A stretch of 24,000 bases of DNA from Tissierellia bacterium (GCA_012519495.1 JAAYQA010000015.1:18439-42438); one strand, 5' to 3'. Positions 9,706 to 17,580 are shown, counted from the stretch's first letter. Notes: generated from the sequence alone by a model not told the origin. Program-made: numbers and translations.

Positions 9706-10498
9706 TTTTCAGACTCCGTATAAAAGATAAAAACAATTGCCGGAAATTTTGTTCCGACAGTTTGGCTGCTTCCAATACTTCTTCATGTGACAAGGGACTA
9801 TCGATAATCCCCGCGGCCATATTGCTGATCATGGAAATCCCGCAAACTTCCATCCCCAGACGATTCGCAACCATGGCTTCCGGTACCGTCGACATTCCGA
9901 CCGCGTCAGCGCCCAATACGCGCGCTGCTTTCACTTCTGCCGGTGTTTCATAACTCGGACCGGTAAACCAGATATACACTCCCTTTTTCAGCGATACTGC
10001 CGTCTCTTGTGCCGCCTGTAAGAGTTTTTCCTGCAAATGCTTTGTGTAGACTTCACTTTGGTCGGGAAAACGTGGACCATCCTTCTCATGATAAGGACCA
10101 CGCAACGGATTGATACCGGAGAAGTTAATGTGATCGGTGATCATCATCAGATCGCCCGGGCGGAAAGTTTCGTTGACAGCGCCGGCCGCATTGGTCAAAA
10201 ACAGGCGCGGTATCCCCAATGCGTGCACGAGACGTACAATCGCTGTTACTTCGTCAATCTCTTTGCCTTCGTAATAGTGCACCCGTCCGCTCAGAAAAAG
10301 AACCGGCAAACTTTCCACATAGCCGAAGATAAATTCACCCCCATGCCCTTCCACCCCCGGACGCGGGAGCCCGGGAATCTCCTCATAGGGGATATGCACG
10401 GCATCGGTTGCGGTATCCGCCAAGCTTTTCAACCCCGAACCCAACTGCACCGCAATGACGGGCGGTTTTTTCCATAAGGATTCCAGTTTTTTATGCAT
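9692..10498 (-). CDS. punA: Purine nucleoside phosphorylase (trimeric PunA/PNP type)
   Basis: The motifs GRVHYYEG, TNAAG and GMSTVPE are present. The start is set at the ATG at 10498 (MHKKLESL), which has a GGGAGG SD 7 nt upstream. The ORF-track extension to 10582 has no SD and overlaps the NUDIX gene. Confidence 0.9.
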   Translation of the reverse strand: MHKKLESLWKKPPVIAVQLGSGLKSLADTATDAVHIPYEEIPGLPRPGVEGHGGEFIFGYVESLPVLFLSGRVHYYEGKEIDEVTAIVRLVHALGIPRLFLTNAAGAVNETFRPGDLMMITDHINFSGINPLRGPYHEKDGPRFPDQSEVYTKHLQEKLLQAAQETAVSLKKGVYIWFTGPSYETPAEVKAARVLGADAVGMSTVPEAMVANRLGMEVCGISMISNMAAGIIDSPLSHEEVLEAAKLSEQNFRQLFLSFIRSLKNARI

Positions 10499-11063
10499 TG
10501 CGGGAACCTCCCTTTGTCTCTTCAGAAAAATGCTGCGTCCAGATTCTTTCCAGATACAAAGCGCCGATGACGGTTTTCGCATCCATCACACCGCAATGAT
10601 CAATTTTCTGTAATAGTTCATCTAATGTTAACAACGCGATGGATTCGATTTCTTCGTCAATCTCTTTACTGATGAATCGCAGATCTTTTGCCAGAAAGAA
10701 TTGTTGTTTTTCATTGGTAAAGCCTGCGGAAGTAAATGTATCAAACAAATACAGCATTTCACCCGCTTCATAGCCGGTTTCTTCCTGCAATTCTCTCTGC
10801 GCCGTTTGTTTGGGTTCTTCGCCGGCTTCTATAAGACCGGCCGGCAGCTCCAGCAGCGTGCGGCCGATCGCACTTCGGTAATTTTTAACCAGCAGAATCC
10901 GGCCGTCCGGCAATACGGGAAGAACCACAGCTGCACCGGGATGCTCGATTATTTCTCGTTTGGAATACTTTTTGTTCGGCATTTCCACCGTATTCACCTT
11001 TAAGGTCAGAATACGCCCCGAATAGATTTTTTCCGATTTGATGGTTTTCTCTTTATAGCTCAT
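10491..11063 (-). CDS. nudF: NUDIX hydrolase, ADP-ribose pyrophosphatase-like
   Basis: It carries a Nudix box, G.IEAGEEPKQTAQRELQEETGY. An SD (GGGGAGGGA) lies upstream. Confidence 0.75.
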   Translation of the reverse strand: MSYKEKTIKSEKIYSGRILTLKVNTVEMPNKKYSKREIIEHPGAAVVLPVLPDGRILLVKNYRSAIGRTLLELPAGLIEAGEEPKQTAQRELQEETGYEAGEMLYLFDTFTSAGFTNEKQQFFLAKDLRFISKEIDEEIESIALLTLDELLQKIDHCGVMDAKTVIGALYLERIWTQHFSEETKGGSRNA

Positions 11064-12747
11064 GCATCCCTCCCCGCTTCCAATCCGCTGCCGATAATAA
11101 TAACTGATCCGCCTGTTGGTAAGCGCTTTCTGTTTGCTTGCTGCCGCTGATTAAGCGTGCGACTTCTTCTGTCCGTTCTTCCTTAGACAATAATTGCAGT
11201 GTACTGCTCGTTTCGTCCTGCTTCGTTTCCTTTGTAATGCGGGAATGTGCATCTCCCATCGAGGCAATCTGCGGCAAATGGGTAACCGCAATAATCTGCA
11301 TGGTATCTGACAATCGATAGAGAAATTCCGCCATCGACTGGGCCGCCCGGCCGCTGACACCGGTGTCGATCTCATCAAATACCACCGTCCCCGAGGCAAA
11401 TTCCCGGGAAAACAAAGAACGTATGGCCAGCATCACCCGCGACAATTCCCCGCCGGATGCAATTTCATGCAAAGGTCGCATGGTTTGCCCTGCATTGGTA
11501 CGTATATAAAACAGGACCTGTTCTTTTCCGTCGGCGCCCAGTTCCGTGGGTAGTAACCGCGTTGCAAACTCGGCATGGGGCATGCGCAATCCGGCTAAAA
11601 CCGCAGCGATCTCCTTATCCAGTTGCTTGCCGATCGCCGTACGAAACGCTGTCAGCTGTGCAGCCAAATGCTCCAATGTCTGTGTACAGGAATCGATCTC
11701 CTCCTGGGCCTGCTGCAAGTCTTTTTCCCTTTCGGCGAGCTGCTCCGCCTCCTGTACCGCGTTTTCATAAAAAGCAATGATTTCTTCCCGGCTTTGCCCG
11801 TATTTTCGTTGCAGGCGCATCCACTCTCCCATGCGCCGGTCCAGCTCTTCCAACCGTTGCGGATCGTTCTGATATCCTTCCGCTAAACGGGTCAGTTCGC
11901 TGCGTAATTCCTGCAATAGTTCGGACAGGGAAATAATCGGTTCAGAAAGAGAGATGGAGGAGTCCAGCCCCTCCATTTTATGTGCGAGGCTTTCTGCCGA
12001 CGCAAGTAATTGTAAGGTTCCGGGATGTTCATCGGACCAGCCTTCAATCAGTCCATGCATCTGTTCAGCCATCTGTAAAAGATCTTCAGCATGCAAGAGA
12101 CGCCGATGTTCTTGGTCCAAAGTTTCGATATCCACAGAAAACGGATCAAAAGCTGCTATTTCTTCTATCTGATAACGCAAAATATCCAGTTCGCGCTCCC
12201 GGGCGGACGGGTCTGTTCCATACCGGGACAAAAAGGTGCGCAGTCGGTTTCTTTCGTTGTACACTTTGCGATACTGCGTATATACATCCTTTTGCTCTTT
12301 TGTAAAAAAGCTGTCCACCAATTGGATTTGCCGGTCCAGATCCAGCAGGGCACGATCCTTCTGTCCATACACATCCAGCATCCGCCCGCCGATCGCTTTC
12401 AGTTCAGCAACGGTTACCAGCTGCCCCTGCACGCGTGCGCCGGAATGCCCGGACGCCTGCACCGAACGCGATAAGGTGATGGTATCTCCCGGTTCGATCC
12501 CGTAGGGTTCCAGAAGTTCCTTTTCCATGTTCTCCGGATAAGAAAAAACCCCTTCCACATACAGCGTTTTTTCCCCGTCCCGAATCATATTGCGCGATGC
12601 ACGGGCACCGGACAAAAGATTCAAGGCATGTAAAAGTATGGACTTGCCAGCCCCGGTTTCCCCGGTAATGACATGTACGCCCCGATGAAACTGCGCGGTC
12701 ATTTCTTTGATAACGGCCAAATTCCGGATCCGGACTTCCAATAGCAT
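11053..12747 (-). CDS. recN: DNA repair protein RecN
   Basis: It has Walker A (GETGAGKSILLHAL), the ABC signature ASGGELSRVMLAI, Walker B (VFDEIDTGVSG) and a long central coiled coil. It sits immediately after argR, the classical arrangement. Confidence 0.95.
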   Translation of the reverse strand: MLLEVRIRNLAVIKEMTAQFHRGVHVITGETGAGKSILLHALNLLSGARASRNMIRDGEKTLYVEGVFSYPENMEKELLEPYGIEPGDTITLSRSVQASGHSGARVQGQLVTVAELKAIGGRMLDVYGQKDRALLDLDRQIQLVDSFFTKEQKDVYTQYRKVYNERNRLRTFLSRYGTDPSARERELDILRYQIEEIAAFDPFSVDIETLDQEHRRLLHAEDLLQMAEQMHGLIEGWSDEHPGTLQLLASAESLAHKMEGLDSSISLSEPIISLSELLQELRSELTRLAEGYQNDPQRLEELDRRMGEWMRLQRKYGQSREEIIAFYENAVQEAEQLAEREKDLQQAQEEIDSCTQTLEHLAAQLTAFRTAIGKQLDKEIAAVLAGLRMPHAEFATRLLPTELGADGKEQVLFYIRTNAGQTMRPLHEIASGGELSRVMLAIRSLFSREFASGTVVFDEIDTGVSGRAAQSMAEFLYRLSDTMQIIAVTHLPQIASMGDAHSRITKETKQDETSSTLQLLSKEERTEEVARLISGSKQTESAYQQADQLLLSAADWKRGGMHEL

Positions 12748-12749
12748 AG

Positions 12750-13202
12750 CTAACGAATACTCTCCTTGATCTGATCCAGAATCGAATCCAGATCGTCTTT
12801 GTTTTCCACAGCAATAAAAATGGTATCATTTCCGGTTAATATCCCGGCGATTCCTTTTATCTTGCTGTTGGTCACCGCCATTCCGCAAACCGTACCTGTA
12901 TGTGCAATGGTCTTTATGATAATCATTTCTTCGTTTCTTTTTATGGATAAAACGGCCGAGCGAAAAATCTTGTCCAATCGTTCATTGAGTGAATCGTGCA
13001 CCGTATCAATCAGAGCATACCGGTATTCCCCTTCCGCCGACTGTACCTTCGAAATTCGAAGTTCTTTTATGTCACGGGATATGGTTGCCTGCGTTGCGCG
13101 AACGCCCCGGGTCATGAGGTATTCGGAAAGCTCTTCCTGGGTGCGGATCTCAAATTCTTCAATCAGATCGAGAATGATTCTTTGGCGCGTGTACTTTTTC
13201 AT
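12750..13202 (-). CDS. argR: Arginine repressor
   Basis: It has the winged-HTH motif TQATISRDIKEL and the C-terminal oligomerisation/arginine-binding region GILTGNDTIF. An AAGGAG SD lies 6 nt upstream. Confidence 0.92.
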   Translation of the reverse strand: MKKYTRQRIILDLIEEFEIRTQEELSEYLMTRGVRATQATISRDIKELRISKVQSAEGEYRYALIDTVHDSLNERLDKIFRSAVLSIKRNEEMIIIKTIAHTGTVCGMAVTNSKIKGIAGILTGNDTIFIAVENKDDLDSILDQIKESIR

Positions 13203-13800
13203 CTTTCGCTCCTTTATTCTTATTTTTCTTTTCCTTCAATGGAAAGAAAAAGGAAAATCGCCGGATTATTTTTGCACTGAACATAACAATTTCCTGCGCA
13301 TAGCTTATCGATATCGACTTTCCGATTGCCTTCCCGCCCACCGTCGTGGCTGAAATCGCCCCGGTGAACAATACACTCAACAGCGTACCATTTATAAAGC
13401 CAAAGGAACCGAGAATACGAAATACAATCATCGTTCCTACGGCACCGCTTACAATACCGCAAATGTCTCCAATCACATCATTGCAAAAATTGGAGACCTT
13501 ATCCGCGTTTCGAATCAACGCGATCGCATAGTCCGCAGAAGGAACGCGATTGGCTCCCATTGCATGAAAGCCCTTCACTTCCGCTGCCGTTACCGCAATT
13601 CCGATAATATCGAAAACTATGCCGATCGCGATAATTGTCAAAAGTAAAAGCGTGGCCACAAAGGTGGATACGCCTGAAACCAGAGCATCCGACAAAAAAC
13701 TGATACTAACGGATAAAACCAAAGTCCAGAAGGTGATGAACCGCACCCATTTTCCGTCGATGCTTTGCAATATTTTTTGTGTTTTTTTGGGTTTCGCCAT
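13159..13800 (-). CDS. oapA: Four-TM membrane protein, candidate OLE-associated protein A (OapA); looks CNNM/DUF21-like by eye
   Basis: The start is at the ATG at 13800 (MAKPKKTQK) with GGAG 4 nt upstream. There are four hydrophobic segments: WVRFITFWTLVLSVSISFL, FVATLLLLTIIAIGIVFDIIGIAV, VIGDICGIVSGAVGTMIVF and LLSVLFTGAISATTVGG. The C-terminus is a Lys-rich tail. The gene lies directly downstream of the large non-coding RNA candidate, in the position known for oapA. Confidence 0.6.
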   Translation of the reverse strand: MAKPKKTQKILQSIDGKWVRFITFWTLVLSVSISFLSDALVSGVSTFVATLLLLTIIAIGIVFDIIGIAVTAAEVKGFHAMGANRVPSADYAIALIRNADKVSNFCNDVIGDICGIVSGAVGTMIVFRILGSFGFINGTLLSVLFTGAISATTVGGKAIGKSISISYAQEIVMFSAKIIRRFSFFFPLKEKKNKNKGAKDEKVHAPKNHSRSD

Positions 13801-13827
13801 GTTTCTCCGTTCAAATAAGTATGTAGG

Positions 13828-14369
13828 ATAGTGAAGATGCACATAGTAAATCTTACGGCATAGGTTTAGTAGAATTTCTCCGCCTGCTACTGCGCGTCGC
13901 CGCCATCAGCGGTTTCCCTTTAAAGCAAACGCCGGACCGTCACCAAAACCGGAACTAAATCACCACTAAGTCCGCACTGTAATCCCATGTGCATCAAACA
14001 GTCTAGGAGTTTTCCTCTACAACCAGTCGGATCCTTATCCTTTTTTGCAAAGAATGTTTCGATACCAAATAGCGTTTGGCCTGGCCACAGCCTCCCCCTA
14101 CGAACGTTATCTTCCGCAGTCTTCACTCAAGGCAAGCTACGCTGCAAAATGCAGGTTTTATCATCCGCGTGTGTTGTCGCGGAAGTCTCCGCGAGGGTAG
14201 GGTCAACGCCTACATGCCATTGTAGATCGCCCCATCCCTCTTACTCCCAGAACATACCCCCGACTGGGCGTCGTGAGCATAAACCAGGAACTTCATCGAT
14301 GTGCTCTGCGACGGATTTTTAGCCCCGCCCTCCAGATCCGTTGTGCTGACTAGAATACTGCTTCACTAT
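13828..14369 (-). ncRNA. ole: Large structured non-coding RNA, candidate OLE RNA (Rfam RF01071 class)
   Basis: A ~575-nt gap (13801-14419) has no SD-supported ORF, in a window where other genes abut. It has a dedicated consensus-like promoter. Local hairpins include 14177-14194 (UCGCGGA-GACU-UCCGCGA), 14311-14316/14336-14341 and 14142-14154. A 9-bp pairing joins 14361-14369 to 13828-13836. The context, ispA upstream and a 4-TM protein downstream within xseAB-ispA...argR-recN, is characteristic of ole. The ends are approximate. Confidence 0.65.
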
Positions 14370-14375
14370 TACATG

Positions 14376-14404
14376 ATTATAGCAGAAATTATCGGATTAT
14401 TCAA
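14376..14404 (-). promoter_or_regulatory. Sigma-A type promoter with an extended -10, driving the ncRNA (and probably oapA)
   Basis: The minus-strand sense reads TTGAAT (14404-14399), a 17-nt spacer ending in TGc, then TATAAT (14381-14376). The predicted +1 is about 14369. The promoter lies only 15 nt downstream of the ispA stop codon. Confidence 0.65.
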
Positions 14405-14419
14405 TCAAAAGCCCGACTT

Positions 14420-15262
14420 TTATACATCCCGATGCATAAGTGAACGGGTAATCTGCATCAATCGATCCGTATTGCGTCCTGCCAGACGTGACAATGCGAG
14501 CAGCGCTTTTTCTGTATGAGAAACCATGTTTTCTTCCGCTTCTTCCTGCGTCATGAACCGTAAAATCGTCATATTGTCTGCTTCCAGATCCTGACCGGCG
14601 TCCAGTAAATCATCCTGTATCTGGAATGCCGCCCCGACATGCTCGGCATAGTCTCTAAGAAAAGCACGCTCCTCCTCTGTTGCCCCGCCCAAAACCGCAC
14701 CCGCTTCGCAGGCGGCAAGAATCAGTTTCCCGGTTTTCTTTTCGTATAAACGCAACAAATGCGCTAAATCTTCCACGCGATCATACAAGTCCATAATCTG
14801 GCCGCTCAGCATCCCGTCGGTACCGGCCGCACGGGTGAGAATCTGTGTTGCCATCCATTTATTCGGATCTTGTTGTGCGGCGGACATGGCCAGTTCCAAT
14901 GCGCCGTTGAGCAAGGCATCGCCTGCCAATATGCCCATAGCTTCGTCAAATTCCTTATGCAGGGAGGGACGGCCGCGCCGATAATCATCATCATCCATCG
15001 CGGGCAGATCATCGTGTACCAAAGAATAGTTGTGGATCATCTCCAGACTGACCGCAAAGGGCATGGCCGCATCCAGATCCTTCGCAAAAAGCGCATAGGA
15101 CTCCAACAGCAGAACCGGACGCAGGCGCTTGCCGCCTCCGTCCACCGCATACACGAGCGCCCGCTTAAGCAAAGGATGCATCGGCATCTCTTTTAACGAT
15201 GCCTGCAGGGCTTGTTCAAAAAGCTGTCGGTTCTTCTGGGTTATCGTCAAATAATCCGTCAT
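14420..15262 (-). CDS. ispA: Polyprenyl (farnesyl/geranyl) diphosphate synthase
   Basis: It has the first Asp-rich motif LVHDDLPAMDDDDYRRG and the second, FQIQDDLLD. The start is set at the ATG at 15262 (MTDYLTI), preceded by an AAGGGA SD. The ORF-track start at 15295 was rejected. Confidence 0.9.
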   Translation of the reverse strand: MTDYLTITQKNRQLFEQALQASLKEMPMHPLLKRALVYAVDGGGKRLRPVLLLESYALFAKDLDAAMPFAVSLEMIHNYSLVHDDLPAMDDDDYRRGRPSLHKEFDEAMGILAGDALLNGALELAMSAAQQDPNKWMATQILTRAAGTDGMLSGQIMDLYDRVEDLAHLLRLYEKKTGKLILAACEAGAVLGGATEEERAFLRDYAEHVGAAFQIQDDLLDAGQDLEADNMTILRFMTQEEAEENMVSHTEKALLALSRLAGRNTDRLMQITRSLMHRDV

Positions 15263-15479
15263 TTTCCATCCCTTCCCGTTGAAACGGCAATGCAAGCTCC
15301 CCTTCCATCTTTAGTAACTCCCCTTTGGAACGTCTCAGACACGCATCCAGCTCGCTGTATAATTGCATTCCCTTCTTGTATTCATTTAGATTCTCATCCA
15401 GCGATAATTCACCCGATTCCAATCGCGAAAGGATCGCTTTCAGTTCCTCCAGGTTTTTCTCATAGTCCTTGAATTCCAT
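15216..15479 (-). CDS. xseB: Exodeoxyribonuclease VII small subunit
   Basis: It contains LEELKAILSRLESGELSLDENLNEYKKGMQL, typical of XseB. The start is at the ATG at 15479 with a GAGGAGGAGG SD. Its 3' end overlaps the ispA start by 47 nt. Confidence 0.85.
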   Translation of the reverse strand: MEFKDYEKNLEELKAILSRLESGELSLDENLNEYKKGMQLYSELDACLRRSKGELLKMEGELALPFQREGMENDGLFDDNPEEPTAF

Positions 15480-16680
15480 CGGTTTCCTCCTCCTCAAACG
15501 CCTGCTCAATCACACTGCGGGCCTGTCCGTGTAAAAAACGCATGGATACCCGGTCGCCGGGTTTCAGCTCCCGGCTGTCCGTCACGACACCCCCGGCCTT
15601 TTGCACAACCGCGTATCCCTTTTGCAAAATGCCAAGCGGATTGGATGCTTCCAGTTTATGGTAGAACAGCGCCAGCGCGTGTTCTTTTTCGGTAAAGTAG
15701 GACGTTTTTGCCTGCAGCAAGCGTTTCGCCATATCTTGCAGCTGATCCTGCCGTTTTTCCAAGCAGAGCACCGGATTGGTTCGCAAGAGCGCATCGTGAA
15801 ACATGTCCAGCTCTTTTGAATAATCTTCCAATACTCCCTGCATTGTATGCCGCATGTTTCCAACGGTATCATCCACATCCCGTACCAGATCCTGTACATG
15901 CCGTGTCGCCAATTCACCGGCTGCTGTCGGTGTCGGTGCACGGAGATCGGCGGCAAAGTCGGTTAATACCGTGTCAGATTCATGCCCGACCGCAGAAATA
16001 ATCGGATAGCGGGAACGGGCTACTTCTCTTACCAGCTCCTCATCGTTAAAACAGAAAAGGTCTTCAAACGAACCGCCGCCACGTCCGATAATGACGGTGG
16101 ACAAATCGTTCCGGCTGTTGAAATATCGCAGCGCCTGTATCATGGACTGCGCGGCATTCGTCCCCTGTACCACCGACGGATACAAAAGAATATGCGTCAT
16201 CGGCGAACGTCTGCGAATCACATGCACAAGGTCGGTAATCGCTGCCCCTGTGTCCGATGTGATCAGACCGATCCGGTAGGGCACAGCAGGGATCGGGCGC
16301 TTTTTGTCCGTCGCAAACAGCCCTTCTGACTGCAATTTCTTTTTTCGCATTTCCAATTCCTGAAACAGTACGCCCGGCTGATGCAATACAATACTGTCTG
16401 CAATCAGCTGGTATTCGCTGCCGGCCGGGTAGGCACCGATCCGCCCCCCTACGTCGACTTCCATCCCGATATGCTCTTTCATATGGGGGTCCGAACAGCG
16501 TTTAAACATGACGCATTTCAGCACGGCGGATGCATCTTTGATCCTGAAAAAGCAATGCCCCCGCGCGGTTTCGGTAAAACTGCTCAGTTCGCCCCGCACA
16601 GTAACATTGCTTAGTAGTAGATCATCCCGCAATACTTTTTTGATATAGTTTCCAATTTCAGATACGCTTACCGGATGCAT
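15460..16680 (-). CDS. xseA: Exodeoxyribonuclease VII large subunit
   Basis: It has an N-terminal OB fold, the GRGGGSFEDL motif and a long helical C-terminus. Its start forms a TGATG junction with the nusB stop. Confidence 0.93.
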   Translation of the reverse strand: MHPVSVSEIGNYIKKVLRDDLLLSNVTVRGELSSFTETARGHCFFRIKDASAVLKCVMFKRCSDPHMKEHIGMEVDVGGRIGAYPAGSEYQLIADSIVLHQPGVLFQELEMRKKKLQSEGLFATDKKRPIPAVPYRIGLITSDTGAAITDLVHVIRRRSPMTHILLYPSVVQGTNAAQSMIQALRYFNSRNDLSTVIIGRGGGSFEDLFCFNDEELVREVARSRYPIISAVGHESDTVLTDFAADLRAPTPTAAGELATRHVQDLVRDVDDTVGNMRHTMQGVLEDYSKELDMFHDALLRTNPVLCLEKRQDQLQDMAKRLLQAKTSYFTEKEHALALFYHKLEASNPLGILQKGYAVVQKAGGVVTDSRELKPGDRVSMRFLHGQARSVIEQAFEEEETDGIQGL

Positions 16681-17216
16681 CAGGATTCCCTTTCTCTGGC
16701 AATATTCCCCAATACTCCATTCAGAAAACGAAAAGAAGTATCACTGCTGTATTTCTTGCTTAATTCGACCGCTTCGTTGATCGAAGCACCCACAGGAATA
16801 TGATCGTCATACAGAATTTCGTTAACCGCCAGACGCAGGATCGCTTTGTCCACACGAGGCAAGCGCGAATACTCCCAGCCCTTTAAATGCTTGGCGATAC
16901 AGTCGTCAATCTCTTCCAGATTCTCCACAATGGAAGAAATCGCCCTACGGATAAAAGCCATTTGCTTGTCCGATAAATGATGGGATTCTTCCTGTACCGC
17001 GCTATCCTCTTCTGCTTTGACAGGTTTTATGCTTTCCAGCACCGATGCATCCTCCGAAACGGGTTCCGTTTCTTCTTTTGCGCGGTAGATTTCAAACCAG
17101 TCATCCAATTCCTGCAGCTGCATGGCTTGCACATCCATCCCGTATAAAAAGCGCATGAGCCACTCTCTGGCCGTTCGCCGCTCTATCCATTCCTTTACGG
17201 CATCCGCTTTTTTCAT
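16680..17216 (-). CDS. nusB: Transcription antitermination factor NusB, with an acidic insertion of roughly 40-45 aa
   Basis: NusB motifs RRTAREWLMRFLY, LPRVDKAILRLAVNEI and NEAVELSKKY..FLNGVL are present. At 178 aa it is longer than typical NusB proteins, which I recall as about 130-140 aa. Confidence 0.85.
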   Translation of the reverse strand: MKKADAVKEWIERRTAREWLMRFLYGMDVQAMQLQELDDWFEIYRAKEETEPVSEDASVLESIKPVKAEEDSAVQEESHHLSDKQMAFIRRAISSIVENLEEIDDCIAKHLKGWEYSRLPRVDKAILRLAVNEILYDDHIPVGASINEAVELSKKYSSDTSFRFLNGVLGNIARERES

Positions 17217-17221
17217 CCGGT

Positions 17222-17563
17222 TTACCCTTTCAGGCCTTCAATAAAAACGTTCACCTCAACGGCGCGTAAACCTGTAATGACATGCAGTTTTTCCGTAATA
17301 TTTCTCTGGGCGGACTCTGCGATTTTTGTAAGATCTTCCGCATTGTGCGCGATCAGACGCAAATCAATTCGTACCTGTCCGTCTTTGGTTGCAATCTTCA
17401 CGCCTTTCATCGTATCCGTCGTTGTAAATTTGTCATAGGATACAAAGTCATGGCCGGGTAAAAGCTCCGCAACACCCGTTACTTCCATGGCCGCTTCCCG
17501 CACGACTTTTTCTATAATGGTATTGGCGATCTTTACGCGACCGCCAGTAAATGTATTGTCCAT
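17222..17563 (-). CDS. Asp23/Gls24 family envelope stress (alkaline shock) protein
   Basis: IANTIIEKVVREAAMEVTGV and VEVNVFIEGL are typical of the Asp23 family. The start is at the ATG at 17563 with an AGGAGGG SD. The ORF-track N-terminal extension to 17755 overlaps the upstream gene and a terminator and was rejected. Confidence 0.85.
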   Translation of the reverse strand: MDNTFTGGRVKIANTIIEKVVREAAMEVTGVAELLPGHDFVSYDKFTTTDTMKGVKIATKDGQVRIDLRLIAHNAEDLTKIAESAQRNITEKLHVITGLRAVEVNVFIEGLKG

Positions 17564-17580
17564 GTCGTTTTCCCTCCTGC

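Noticed and set aside
13920-14322. ORFs inside the gap: 13987..14322 (+, 111 aa) and 13920..14126 (-, 68 aa)
   Set aside because: Neither has an SD-like sequence upstream. The minus-strand one starts at a GTG with no RBS, and the plus-strand one runs opposite to every other gene in the region. The products (Cys/Ser/Pro-rich or Arg/Gly-rich) show no recognisable motif. I treat them as chance ORFs in a structured RNA gene.
13843-14419. Alternative identities for the non-coding gap: tmRNA, RNase P RNA, SRP/4.5S RNA, or a riboswitch or T-box leader for the downstream membrane protein
   Set aside because: On neither strand did I find a tRNA-like T-arm plus CCA end (GGTTCGA...CCACCA), which argues against tmRNA. 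There is no GAGGAAAGTCC P4 element for RNase P; the nearest string is GAGGAAAACTCC. There is no SRP domain-IV-like GGAAGCAGCC motif. At ~540-575 nt the region is far longer than known riboswitch or T-box leaders, and it lacks a terminator/antiterminator before the ORF. The genomic context fits OLE better.
14405-14419. A possible terminator hairpin right after ispA (AAAAG-UCGGG-CUUUU)
   Set aside because: The stem is only 5 bp and made entirely of A-U/G-C-poor pairs, with no proper U-tract beyond the stem itself. It more likely serves as A/T-rich UP-like sequence for the adjacent promoter.
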